Assembly: GCA_007125585.1 (NCBI GenBank)
Contig: SLCY01000037.1
Location: 422-64,421, forward strand
Length of the DNA: 64,000 nucleotides
Direction: 5' to 3'
Source of the DNA: Bacteroidales bacterium
GTDB taxonomy: Bacteria > Bacteroidota > Bacteroidia > Bacteroidales > UBA7960
Shown piece after piece: positions 1 to 9,910 of the stretch. Below the pieces are notes generated by a model, which searched no databases, was not told the DNA's origin, and saw nothing but the letters and a program-made list of their open reading frames with translations. The position numbers and the translations under genes are program-made. Numbering within the stretch: the stretch's first letter is position 1; each line of letters begins with the position of its first letter.

Positions 1-1277
1 CCGTCAGTGGCGGGGTGGACTCCATGGTGATGACGGAACTCTTCAATCAATCCCCCTTCCCTTTTGGCATCGCACACTGCAATTTTCAGCTACGTGGTGG
101 TGATGCAGACCAGGATCAGCAGTTTGTTGAAGAAACCGCAAAAAGGCTGGGTATCCCCTTCTTTTCAAAAACCTTTGACACAAAGGCTGAAGCCCGGAAA
201 TCGGGAGACTCTATACAGATGGCCGCTCGGAGGTTGCGTTATGAATGGATGGAAAGCATCCGGGCAGAAAACGGGTACGATGTGATCGCCACGGCACACC
301 ACCTCGACGACGCCATAGAAACCCTCCTGATCAATATTACTAGGGGAAGTGGTATTTCCGGCCTGAAAAGCATTCCCAGAAAGACAGGGCATATTATCCG
401 GCCTCTGCTGTTCGCCACCCGGGATGAAATATATACTCTTTGCCGGGAAAAAGAAATTGCGTTCCGGGAAGACCTTTCCAACCGGGAAACAAAATATGTC
501 CGAAACAAGATAAGACACAATGTGCTTCCTGCCCTGAAAGAGCTTAACCCTTCTATAAAAGGCACCATGGAAAGTTTTTTTGAGCGTATGGAGGCAACAG
601 AGGCCATCCATGGGATGATGATCGGACAGCAAAAACAAACATGCACAAGGCAGGAAGGCAATGAGCTGCGACTGAACATAGAAAAGATCAGGGCACTTCC
701 GCACCCCCACGTTTTCCTTTACGAATTCATCAAAGCTTATGGCTTTTCTGGCGAAATGTGCCAGGCCATGATTTGCAGGGAAGAGTTGCAACCAGGCAGG
801 CGCTTTTACTCCGACACCCATGTGGCCCTCATCGACAGGGAAGAAATTATCATCTATCCATCAGAAAAAGGCCATACCCCCGGGACATGGTACGTGAACG
901 ACCCCGAAGGAAAGATAGAGACAGGCGACCGGGTGTTTCATCTCGTCTCAGGGAGCATGGCAGAAGAACCTGCACTGCCCAGCGGGCCCGATGCGCTTAT
1001 GGCAGACATGGACAGGCTGTCCTTCCCGCTGATATTGCGGCCATGGAAAGAGGGAGATAACCTGACACCCCTCGGGATGAAGGGCCGCAAAAAGGTCAGC
1101 AACCTGCTGACAGACATCAAAATGCCCCTTCATAAAAAAAAACAGACCCTTGTATTGACCACTGCCCGGGGCGAGATCATCTGGGTTGTGGGGGTGCGTG
1201 CCGACGAACGATTTAAGATCACTCCCGAAACAGAACGATACCTCTACCTCTGGTTTGAGGAGGAGAATGGGTGTTAA
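1..1277 (+). CDS. tilS: tRNA(Ile)-lysidine synthase, 5' end outside the window
   Basis: The frame is open to the window edge and begins SGGVDSMVM, the PP-loop SGGxDS motif. An ATAHHLDDAIETLLINITRGSG block follows. TAA stop at 1275-1277. The ORF-track GTG at 15 is internal. Confidence 0.85.
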   Translation, partial: VSGGVDSMVMTELFNQSPFPFGIAHCNFQLRGGDADQDQQFVEETAKRLGIPFFSKTFDTKAEARKSGDSIQMAARRLRYEWMESIRAENGYDVIATAHHLDDAIETLLINITRGSGISGLKSIPRKTGHIIRPLLFATRDEIYTLCREKEIAFREDLSNRETKYVRNKIRHNVLPALKELNPSIKGTMESFFERMEATEAIHGMMIGQQKQTCTRQEGNELRLNIEKIRALPHPHVFLYEFIKAYGFSGEMCQAMICREELQPGRRFYSDTHVALIDREEIIIYPSEKGHTPGTWYVNDPEGKIETGDRVFHLVSGSMAEEPALPSGPDALMADMDRLSFPLILRPWKEGDNLTPLGMKGRKKVSNLLTDIKMPLHKKKQTLVLTTARGEIIWVVGVRADERFKITPETERYLYLWFEEENGC

Positions 1278-1389
1278 TGTGCTAATTTGTTAATTTGCTC
1301 ATGTGATAATGTGCTAATTAATTGGTAATTTGTGGTTTAAGCAAGAATATGGTTGTTCTTTGAGGGAATATGGTTTTTTCGGATAATGC

Positions 1390-1569
1390 CATGGAGGGAA
1401 CTTGAATGAACGCGGATGGCCTGCGGCCAGCGCGGATTTGCGCTGCAGTTTTTTTGGAGAATTTTCCATAAATATCCTGATTCTTCCAAAACAACCTCAT
1501 AGATCATGGCACAGCCTACCGCGTTAATCCGCGTTGCGAAGCATCCGCGTCATCCGTGATCCCTCCATG
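1390..1569. repeat. Imperfect 180-nt palindrome (long hairpin potential) in the tilS-menG spacer
   Basis: Perfect complementary blocks at 1390-1399/1560-1569, 1410-1418/1542-1550 and 1431-1438/1526-1533. The inner arms 1453-1463/1479-1490 pair with one bulge. All of this is nested inside the 13-bp inverted repeat ATAATGTGCTAAT at 1306-1318/1623-1635. Confidence 0.7.
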
Positions 1570-1655
1570 ACAGCACACTAATTACATCCGCAATTAACAA
1601 AACAACCTCCGGGACTTCTTTCATTAGCACATTATAACCGATTCCCGTAAATAAG

Positions 1656-2384
1656 ATGAACAAGACAAAGCAACATAACCCCCCTTCCCGGCCGCTGCAG
1701 AAGATGTTCATGGCCGTCCCTCCCTCCTATGACAGGCTGAACAGGCTGTTAACACTACGAATAGATGAGTACTGGCGAGGCAGGGCGGCAAAAGCCATCC
1801 TGAGAGAACGCCCCGGCAAGGTGCTTGACCTTTGCACCGGAACAGGAGACCTGGCACTCCGTCTGCGTGAAAAAGCTTCAGAGAAGACAAGGATTTATGC
1901 TCTCGATTACAGCGAGCCTATGCTTGCCGTGGCCAGGGATAAAGCCCGCAAAAGAAAACTACATGCCATTGATTTCAGGCAGGGTGATGCAGCAGCCATG
2001 CCTTTTGATGATAGCTTTTTCGATGCAGTCGGAATCGCCTTTGCCTTCCGCAACCTGACCTACAAAAATCCCGACCGGGATGTGTTTTTGCAGGAGATCC
2101 TGCGCGTGCTGTAGCCAGACGGTCAGTTCGTTGCCGTCGAAACCAGCCAGCCACACAACAAAGGGCTGCGTAAATTATTTCATTTATACATGCGATGGAT
2201 CACCCGGCCGATCGGCGGCTTGTTTTCGGGCCACCGAGGCGCCTATCGCTACCTTGCCAACTCGGCAATAGATTATTACCACCCCGCGGACCTAAAGCAA
2301 ATCCTGCTGGATGCCGGCTTCAGCAGCGTGATCTACACCCCGCTGGCCGGTGGCATGGCAGCCCTCTGGGAGTGCCGGAAATAA
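1656..2384 (+). pseudogene. menG: Demethylmenaquinone/ubiquinone C-methyltransferase (MenG/UbiE) interrupted by one in-frame TAG at 2112-2114
   Basis: ORFs 1656-2114 and 2190-2384 share one frame. The SAM-binding motif VLDLCTGTGD is present. The TAG sits where the family has Lys in RVLKPGG. Downstream, AYRYLANS and DAGF blocks remain conserved to a TAA stop at 2384. Confidence 0.7.
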
Positions 2385-2588
2385 CAAAAGTACAGATTGA
2401 CCCCAATGCTGAGACATTCAGGAGCTCATTGAAAGAAACCTGACCCGTTTTTAACATTGCACAAAGGATCCTTTCATTAGCACATTGGCACATTAACACA
2501 TTAGCACATTACAAGATAAACGCTTTAATACAACTCAACCTGCTGCCTTACAACGCCGGAAAATGTTATCCGGTTTCTCACTTTATCG

Positions 2589-2596
2589 TAACTTTG
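2589..2596 (+). promoter_or_regulatory. Candidate Bacteroidota -7 promoter box TAACTTTG
   Basis: Matches the TAnnTTTG consensus, about 95 nt upstream of the dsbD-like ATG. Confidence 0.35.
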
Positions 2597-2693
2597 CACC
2601 CAGGGAAATCATCCCATTTTTTAAGTTATTTTAACCAGGGACGATTCAACCAACCATGGCATTGTGCGTTGAATTATTTTAAAACACTGCTTT

Positions 2694-4778
2694 ATGACAA
2701 AAAGAATCAGTCTGCAGACGCTTGCCGCAATCATCCTGTGTGTTTTCTCCGGTTCAGCTGCATTTGCACAGATCCTTGATCCTGTGGAGTGGGACTTTTC
2801 CAAAGAGAAGGTTTCTGAAAATGAATATGCGCTGCGGTTAACAGCCTCCATGGATCCCGGCTGGTATATTTATGGCACTGAGCTCGAACCTGGTGGCCCG
2901 ATCCCCACCGCCATCCTTTTCGATGACAATGACGGCTATGAATTGGTTGGGAGCCTTCGCTATCCAGAGGCCGAAGTAAAGTTTGATCCGAACTTCAACA
3001 TGGACATCCCCATGTATGGAGGTTCTGTAACTTTCGTACAACAGGTAAGGGTATTGTCTGCGTCAGCAGTGACTGTTACCGGCGAGTTGGAGTACATGTC
3101 GTGCGATGACCAGCGCTGTTTGCCGCCCGATTTCTTGTCTTTTTCTTTTGCCCTGGAAGGCCATGCCGGGACTTTTGTTGCTGACGCTGAAGTTCCGGCT
3201 GCGGAAGAAGCCGGGGTTGCAGAAGAAGAAGCCGTGGAGGCTCCCGGCGACCTCCTGGATGCCCAATATACCTATGATGAAGAACTGGTGCTGAATGATG
3301 ATGCCGGGGCGCGCAGGATATACACTCCAGAGCAAGACGGGGAGAGCAGTCTGGGCTGGACGTTCATTTTGGGTTTCCTCGGCGGATTGCTCGCGTTGCT
3401 CACCCCCTGCGTTTTCCCGATGATACCACTCACCGTTAGCTTTTTCTTGCGCAATGCCGGCAACAGGGCAAGGGCCTTCCGGGATGCGTTGATGTACGGG
3501 TTAACGATAATATTCAGCTACGTTGTGCTCGGACTGGCTATCTCTATAATATTCGGACCGGCAACACTGAACGCTCTGGCTACCAGTCCGGGGTTTAACG
3601 TATTCTTTTTTGCCCTGCTGGTATTCTTTGCCGCATCCTTTTTCGGTGCATTTGAACTGACGATGCCGGCGTCATGGTCAAACAAGCTGGACAGCAAAGC
3701 CGATAAGACCGGCGGACTGATAGGTGTTTTCCTGATGGGTATCGTTTTTGTTCTGGTCTCGTTTTCATGTACCGGCCCCATTGTAGGCACATTGCTGGTG
3801 GAAGCAGCCATAGGCGGCAGCGTGTATGCCCCTGCCGTTGGCATGCTGGGATTCAGCCTGGCCCTCGCCATCCCTTTCAGCCTGTTTGCCATTTTCCCAA
3901 CCGCCCTGAAATCGCTGCCCAAGTCGGGCGGCTGGATGAATTCGGTAAAGGTCGTCCTGGGCTTCCTGGTGCTTGCCTTTTCGCTCACCTTCCTGACTAT
4001 TGCCGACAGTGTGGGTCAGTGGGGGATTCTCGACAGAGAGGTTTTCCTGGTATTGTGGATTGCCATCTTTTTGATGATGGGGCTTTATCTTCTCGGTAAG
4101 ATCAAGTTTGCCCATGACTCCGACATCCCCTACCTGTCGGTGCCTCGTCTCATGCTGGCCATCGCCACCTTTGCCTTTGTCTTTTATCTTATTCCCGGTC
4201 TGTGGGGCGCGCCGCTGAAAGGGATCAGCTCTTTCCTTCCCTCACCCGTCACCCAGGATTTTGACCTTAGCCGGACGACGGCAAGCGCCCCGCCCCCAGA
4301 TGACACCATTTACGTGGGAGAGAGCGTTTATGAAGGCCCGCACGGCATCATGTCCTTCACCGATTACGAGGAGGGCATGGAAGCAGCACGTGAGGCCGGC
4401 AAGCCGGTATTCCTGGATTTTACCGGGCACGGATGTTCCAACTGCCGCCGCATGGAGGCCACTGTGTGGTCTGACCCTCGTGTCATGAATCGCCTGCAAA
4501 ACGACTTTGTGAAGATATCCCTCTTTGTGGATGACCGAACGCGCCTTTCTGAAGAAGAGCAGTTTGTGAGCGATGCCCTGGGCCGTGAACGCAGGATACG
4601 AACTGTTGGCCAGAAATGGAGCACCTTCCAGGCAGAGCATTATGGGGCAAACACCCAGCCCTACTACGTGATCCTCGATCACGATGAGAACATGCTGGCG
4701 CCGGCATATGGCTACAACACCAACATTGACCAGTATATTGAGTTTCTTGACACAGGGAAGGAAAACTTCCGTCCGTGA
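2694..4778 (+). CDS. dsbD: Protein-disulfide reductase, DsbD family (N-terminal DsbD-alpha-like domain, multi-TM core, C-terminal thioredoxin)
   Basis: Signal peptide ending AFAQ. TM core carries LTPCVFPMIPL and SFSCTGP cysteines. C-terminal thioredoxin CxxC reads GHGCSNC. Confidence 0.8.
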   Translation: MTKRISLQTLAAIILCVFSGSAAFAQILDPVEWDFSKEKVSENEYALRLTASMDPGWYIYGTELEPGGPIPTAILFDDNDGYELVGSLRYPEAEVKFDPNFNMDIPMYGGSVTFVQQVRVLSASAVTVTGELEYMSCDDQRCLPPDFLSFSFALEGHAGTFVADAEVPAAEEAGVAEEEAVEAPGDLLDAQYTYDEELVLNDDAGARRIYTPEQDGESSLGWTFILGFLGGLLALLTPCVFPMIPLTVSFFLRNAGNRARAFRDALMYGLTIIFSYVVLGLAISIIFGPATLNALATSPGFNVFFFALLVFFAASFFGAFELTMPASWSNKLDSKADKTGGLIGVFLMGIVFVLVSFSCTGPIVGTLLVEAAIGGSVYAPAVGMLGFSLALAIPFSLFAIFPTALKSLPKSGGWMNSVKVVLGFLVLAFSLTFLTIADSVGQWGILDREVFLVLWIAIFLMMGLYLLGKIKFAHDSDIPYLSVPRLMLAIATFAFVFYLIPGLWGAPLKGISSFLPSPVTQDFDLSRTTASAPPPDDTIYVGESVYEGPHGIMSFTDYEEGMEAAREAGKPVFLDFTGHGCSNCRRMEATVWSDPRVMNRLQNDFVKISLFVDDRTRLSEEEQFVSDALGRERRIRTVGQKWSTFQAEHYGANTQPYYVILDHDENMLAPAYGYNTNIDQYIEFLDTGKENFRP

Positions 4779-4853
4779 TGCTGCAATATTGTATATGCCA
4801 GGCTCTTTCCCAAAAAGAGTTCAATATCGGGCCATTAATATTTTCGTCACCGG

Positions 4854-6062
4854 TTACTTTTTGCTTCTCACGATAAGTTCCTGTACGGTCACGTACGCCA
4901 TCAGTCCCATCCCCGTTTCCAGGGCTTTTTCATCCACATCAAAGGTGGATGTATGCAAGTTGGCGGTGATCCCTTTTTCAATATTGCTAACGCCAAGGCG
5001 GTAGAAACAGGCGTCCAGCTTTTGTGAATAGTAGGCAAAGTCTTCGGCTGTCATGGACAGTTCCAGTTCTTCCACGTTTTCCTTGCCGAGGTATGCGATG
5101 GCATGTTTCCGGAAGTTTTCGGAAAGCACCTCATCATTCACCAGAAAAGGGTACCCTTTATCGATAAATACGTCACAGTCGCCGCCCATGCCCTGGGCCA
5201 CAAATGCCGTGACTTCCCTGATGCGCTGATGGGCTTTTTCCCGCCATGCTTCGTCGAAGGTGCGAAAAGTACCTTCCAGCTTGACTTCGTCGGGGATCAC
5301 ATTGGTCTGGCCATCCCCGAAAATACGTCCAAACGACAATACGGTAGGCGTATAGGGTGTGGCATTGCGGCTTACGATCTGTTGCAGGGCGACCACAATG
5401 TGTGATGCAATCACCACCGGGTCGACATTCATCTCAGGACTGGCAGCATGTCCGCCTTTCCCTTTCACTGTGATGTACACTTCATCGGTCGATGCCATAT
5501 AATGTCCGCTGCGCACGCCGACTTTACCCGCCTGCAGTCCGGGGAAAACATGTTGGCCGAACATGGCGTCGGGGCGGGGATTATCCAGGACCCCTTCCTC
5601 GATCATTTGGAGGGCACCACCCGGATATTTCTCCTCTGAAGGCTGAAAGATAAGCTTCACTGTGCCCTTCCATTGATCGCGCAGAGCGTTTAATATTTTT
5701 GCTGTACCCAGCAGGCTTGCCATATGCACATCGTGCCCGCAGGCATGCATCACCCCGGGGTTTGCTGACTTATAATCCACCCTGTTCCGTTCCAGGATGG
5801 GCAAAGCGTCCATGTCTGCCCTTAATGCAACCATCGCAGAAGATGGATCCTTGCCCTTAATCTGTGCCACAACACCTGTTTTTGCCACCCTTTCCTGAAA
5901 ATTGACGCCCATCTCCGCCAACCGGGAAGCGATGAAAGCGGCCGTTTTATGCTCTTGCATCGACAATTCCGGCGCTGCATGGAGATGGCGCCGGGAAAAA
6001 ACAACCTCCTCAAAATATTCGTGCGATAATGCCTGTATCCTTTTTAGTAAATCCATGTCCAT
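4854..6062 (-). CDS. M20-family amidohydrolase (N-acyl-amino-acid amidohydrolase / hippurate hydrolase-like)
   Basis: MHACGHDVHMASLLG metal-binding block, FQPSEE motif, length about 400 aa. Confidence 0.8.
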   Translation of the reverse strand: MDMDLLKRIQALSHEYFEEVVFSRRHLHAAPELSMQEHKTAAFIASRLAEMGVNFQERVAKTGVVAQIKGKDPSSAMVALRADMDALPILERNRVDYKSANPGVMHACGHDVHMASLLGTAKILNALRDQWKGTVKLIFQPSEEKYPGGALQMIEEGVLDNPRPDAMFGQHVFPGLQAGKVGVRSGHYMASTDEVYITVKGKGGHAASPEMNVDPVVIASHIVVALQQIVSRNATPYTPTVLSFGRIFGDGQTNVIPDEVKLEGTFRTFDEAWREKAHQRIREVTAFVAQGMGGDCDVFIDKGYPFLVNDEVLSENFRKHAIAYLGKENVEELELSMTAEDFAYYSQKLDACFYRLGVSNIEKGITANLHTSTFDVDEKALETGMGLMAYVTVQELIVRSKK

Positions 6063-6297
6063 AGGGTTTGAAGACGCATGCTAATTTACGGTTTTTATTT
6101 ATCTTTGAAAACGCTCCTGGCAATCGTACGGTGCCGGGCAACAATAGCCAAAAAGGGTTAAGAGGACACAGCTGAACGGCAATAATTTTTTGTCCCTCTT
6201 CCGTTTTGTGTTCACCTTGTCACGATGGTTTTTTCGCTCCGGGACAGGGTCTTCTGATAAAACACTGTCGACAATTCATCATAGATTAACGCAACCA

Positions 6298-6945
6298 ATG
6301 GTTCAAATCAAGCAATTCACATTCAATCCTTTTCAGGTCAACACATATGTCCTTTATGATGCCACCGGCGAATGTGCCATCATTGATGCATCTTGTTATG
6401 AAAAGCACGAAAAAAAAGAGTTCTCAGATTTCATCAAGGGAAACGGCCTGAAACCGGTCCTTCAGCTGTTAACCCATTGCCATATTGACCACATGCTGGG
6501 CAGTCGTTTCATATCAAAAAGCTTCCGGCTGAAGCCGCTCACGCACAAAGACAGTCTGCCTTTCCTTGAGAACAGCAAAGAATATGGTAAGGTTTTCGGT
6601 TTTGATGTTGACAAGCCGGTTATGCCGGATGTGTTTATTGACGATGGGGACATTCTCCAGTTTGGCCGGCAGGAGCTGAAGGTGTTGCATACACCGGGAC
6701 ATGCGGCCGGCAGTTTGTGTTACCATCATGAGGCTGAAAACCTTGTCTTTGTCGGAGATGTTTTGTTCCAGGGCAGCATTGGCCGTACCGATCTTCCCAC
6801 GGGCGACCATGACCGGCTTATCAAATCCATCTTCCAAAAACTGACGGTGTTGCCCGATGACACCAGGGTGTTTCCCGGACATGGCCCGGTCACCAGCATT
6901 GTGGAGGAGCGGACGGCAAACCCTTATCTAACCGGTATATATTAA
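6298..6945 (+). CDS. MBL-fold metallo-hydrolase (glyoxalase II-like)
   Basis: THCHIDH (HxHxDH) motif, and HTPGHAAGS downstream. Start moved to the ATG at 6298 (MVQIKQF), the usual N-terminus for this family. Confidence 0.8.
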   Translation: MVQIKQFTFNPFQVNTYVLYDATGECAIIDASCYEKHEKKEFSDFIKGNGLKPVLQLLTHCHIDHMLGSRFISKSFRLKPLTHKDSLPFLENSKEYGKVFGFDVDKPVMPDVFIDDGDILQFGRQELKVLHTPGHAAGSLCYHHEAENLVFVGDVLFQGSIGRTDLPTGDHDRLIKSIFQKLTVLPDDTRVFPGHGPVTSIVEERTANPYLTGIY

Positions 6946-7103
6946 AAGCAAAGCATAAGGGACATGGCCTCCGTCAAAGGCAGCTGGTTTTCAGGTTTGA
7001 ATGAAGCTTTTGTAGGGGTGCAGGCGAACCTTCGAGGTGGCGAAATGACGCTTCCCATGACATGCAGTGTGTAGTTTACGACGTTGAATATCAAAGGGTA
7101 ACA

Positions 7104-8132
7104 CTATTCCGCAGCAGCTTTATTATTCATCAGGATGTGTCTTGCATTTTGTACGATCTTTTCCTCATCGATTCTCATCATACAGTCAAAATGGCCTTTG
7201 GGGCATTTTGTATAGCCTATCTTGGTACACGGGCGGCATGGCAGTCCTTCTACTTCGACGATGATTGACCTTTCGGGGTATTTTGGCATGTAGGGAAACA
7301 TTCCGAACCCGGGGATGGTATTCCCCCATACTGAAACAAGGTATTTGTTGAAGGCAGCCGCGATGTGCATCAGGCCTGTATCGTGGCTGATGACCAATCT
7401 TGCTTTTTTTACGAGGGAGGCAGATTGCTGCAATGAAAACAGGCCGCAGCCATTGAATACGTGTTCACCGCAGGCCGACTCAATGGTCCGCCCATTGGCT
7501 TCATCTTCTTTCCCGCCGAGCAAAACAATGTTTCCGGGAAGCTTCCTGCAGATAGAGATGATCTTGTCATTGGGCAAACGTTTGGTGGCATGTTTGCCTC
7601 CGATCACGAATGTCACCAGGTCCTTGTTGAAAGAAACAGGCAGCCCGTCATACAGGTGCACCGGTTTCCGGGAAAAGAAGAAATCCAGTCCCTCTCCGTC
7701 ATTTTCAACACCGGCAATGGCAGCCGCCTCAAAATACCGGTCTACAATATGCCGTGGGGGGAGGCGGTTGACTTTAAACCTTGTCAGCAACCACTTTTCA
7801 AGGTTCAGTTTAAGGAAACTTCCTGCAGGTTTACGAAGGGCCAGCTTGACCAATGCACTGCGGATGTTGTGATGCAGGTCAATGATGCAATCAATGTCGG
7901 CGGCACGCAACTGTTTTATGAGGCCCGTCAACCGCCCGTCGAGCAGATGCAACCGGTCAACATAGGGGTTGTCTTCCAATATGCTGCTGTATGCTTTCTT
8001 GGTGACAACATGCACTTCCACTTCCTTGCCCGGGATCTTCTTCAGGCATCGCAATACTGGCGTTGTCAGCACAATATCACCTATAGAACTGAAACGGATC
8101 ACCAATACTTTTACATGGTCTGCATCTGTCAT
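7104..8132 (-). CDS. Glycosyltransferase family 9 (heptosyltransferase-like)
   Basis: N-terminal KVLVIRFSSIGDIVLTTP and C-terminal DTGLMHIAAA blocks typical of GT9. Ends with a TAG stop. Confidence 0.75.
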   Translation of the reverse strand: MTDADHVKVLVIRFSSIGDIVLTTPVLRCLKKIPGKEVEVHVVTKKAYSSILEDNPYVDRLHLLDGRLTGLIKQLRAADIDCIIDLHHNIRSALVKLALRKPAGSFLKLNLEKWLLTRFKVNRLPPRHIVDRYFEAAAIAGVENDGEGLDFFFSRKPVHLYDGLPVSFNKDLVTFVIGGKHATKRLPNDKIISICRKLPGNIVLLGGKEDEANGRTIESACGEHVFNGCGLFSLQQSASLVKKARLVISHDTGLMHIAAAFNKYLVSVWGNTIPGFGMFPYMPKYPERSIIVEVEGLPCRPCTKIGYTKCPKGHFDCMMRIDEEKIVQNARHILMNNKAAAE

Positions 8133-8178
8133 GTCGAATATACCATTTCATGACCAAAAGCCATTGACAACCTGGTGC

Positions 8179-9657
8179 CTACAACCTGTCAAATTCAGTC
8201 GAAATGGGTTTGTCATTTACAAAGTCGTATAGTGTAAGGTGGCGCATTTGATAAAATCCTCGCCAATAGTTTCTCAAAGCAGATAAATAACGTTGTTTTG
8301 AACGGTCCTTTTCTTCAAGTGCAAGGTTCAGTTCAATGATATCGATACGTCCTATAAGGAAGCGTTGTCGTGTAACCTCATACCGTTTTTCGGCGATCAC
8401 ATCTGCTTTTTGGGCAATCTCGAGCTGGTTTTCCAGCATGTTGAACTCCATGACCCTGAGAAAAACCTCCTGTTCGAAATCAACCATCGCCTGGTTGACG
8501 GTTGTGTTGATCAGCTCGCGGTTTGATTCAGCCATACGTACCCGGCCCTTTGAGACGCCCCAGTCGAGGATCGGGATTTGCACCCCGATGGCGACCTGTT
8601 GCTGATCAAGGGGGTGGCGGTAGGCGTCCCCAAGCTCTTCAGCGCTCTGGGTAAGGCCGAATACGGCAAACAGGCTCGCATTAAAGCGATTCTCTGCCCT
8701 GGCCTGATCTACCTGGCTTTCGGCTTCCAACACCCGCCTTTCCAGTGTAAGCATATCAGCCCGGTTGTTCCTTGCCTCTGCCAGGGCAACACCGACATCA
8801 ATGGTCAGATGATGGGGTTCTTCGGGCGGGACCAGTTCCAGTGCCTCGATATCATCAAAGCCCAAAAAAGAGCGGAATCGGAATATAGCCCCTTCATAAT
8901 CTATTTTGGATTGTTCCAGGCTGGCTTCTGAGTTCAGCACATTGAGCTCCATCTGCAGCAACTCATTCTCTGCGATACGGCCAAGCTCATAACGACCTTT
9001 GGCTATCTGGTAGAGGGTGTCGTTGCTTTCCAGGTTGACCTCGTTGATCTCTTTGTTGATCTGGGCCAGCAGCAGGTCAAAGAACAGGTTCGTGGCCCGG
9101 ATGGCTATCTGTTCCATGCTTTCCAGGTAATCACGCCTGGCTTCCTCATAACGTATGGGCTCTATCCGTCGTTCCCATTTATGCGGGTTAAAAGCAAAGA
9201 TGGGTTGTTGGTAACCTATGTTGATGGGGGTGGCAAGGTACGACGCCTCCGTTTTATCATCGCGTATCAGGTCGATACGTTCCAGGCCGGACCTTATAAA
9301 TAGCCGCCCGCCTGTCAGTCCAATGGTTTGATTCAATGAAAGGGTGCCTGAGGACGTTGCCAGGCTGCGACGAATAAAGATGTCGCTTCCGTCAGGCAAG
9401 GTAATGGGGGATATGGTGCGGTTCAGGTTGGGGATGGTGGCATCAAAGCGCAGGTGTGGCAGATAACTTGCCCGGAAGGTGCGATGCTGCCAGTAACTGC
9501 CCCGGTAGCGGTGGCGTGCCATCATGGCGTCAGGTGACTGGTCGCGGGCAATCTCCACAACCTCCTCCAAAGTCAGATAACGCCTTTCAGACGCCTGCAC
9601 AACAACCGTGGCCCACAATCCAGCCAAACCAATAAGACATATCCGCAAATGATGCAT
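8179..9657 (-). CDS. TolC-family outer-membrane efflux protein
   Basis: Signal peptide, two repeated coiled-coil/beta OEP halves, length about 490 aa. The ATG at 9657 is preferred over the TTG at 9675. Ends with a TAG stop. Confidence 0.75.
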   Translation of the reverse strand: MHHLRICLIGLAGLWATVVVQASERRYLTLEEVVEIARDQSPDAMMARHRYRGSYWQHRTFRASYLPHLRFDATIPNLNRTISPITLPDGSDIFIRRSLATSSGTLSLNQTIGLTGGRLFIRSGLERIDLIRDDKTEASYLATPINIGYQQPIFAFNPHKWERRIEPIRYEEARRDYLESMEQIAIRATNLFFDLLLAQINKEINEVNLESNDTLYQIAKGRYELGRIAENELLQMELNVLNSEASLEQSKIDYEGAIFRFRSFLGFDDIEALELVPPEEPHHLTIDVGVALAEARNNRADMLTLERRVLEAESQVDQARAENRFNASLFAVFGLTQSAEELGDAYRHPLDQQQVAIGVQIPILDWGVSKGRVRMAESNRELINTTVNQAMVDFEQEVFLRVMEFNMLENQLEIAQKADVIAEKRYEVTRQRFLIGRIDIIELNLALEEKDRSKQRYLSALRNYWRGFYQMRHLTLYDFVNDKPISTEFDRL

Positions 9658-9782
9658 GATCCTGGAAAATAACAAAATGCCCGGTTCCTATTGTCACATT
9701 TAAACCGTTCATTAACAAAACGGCGCTACCGTCATATTAAAAGGACTCCCCAAATTTATCATTTTAATCTTGTTTCCAAAAA

Positions 9783-9790
9783 TACTTTTG
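9783..9790 (+). promoter_or_regulatory. Candidate -7 box TACTTTTG
   Basis: TAnnTTTG match about 120 nt upstream of dnaG. Confidence 0.3.
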
Positions 9791-9910
9791 CTTGTCTTTT
9801 CATAATCCGGGTTTTTGTTTACACCCAGTGCCTCTTTTCACGGACCCGGCCTTCACGGGTGAACAAATCAAAAAAAAAACATACCTTCGTAACGACAATA
9901 CAGTCTGCCA

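Noticed and set aside
2112-2114. The in-frame TAG in menG as evidence for stop-codon reassignment or pyrrolysine decoding
   Set aside because: TAG terminates the GT9 gene (7104-7106) and the TolC gene (8179-8181) at normal C-termini. No other gene in the window needs TAG read-through, and no pyl-type genes are seen.
1276-2510. The inverted ATTAGCACATT blocks as the ends of an invertible or mobile cassette carrying menG
   Set aside because: There is no recombinase, invertase or transposase nearby, no target-site duplication, and the blocks are low-complexity. They are kept only as a repeat observation.
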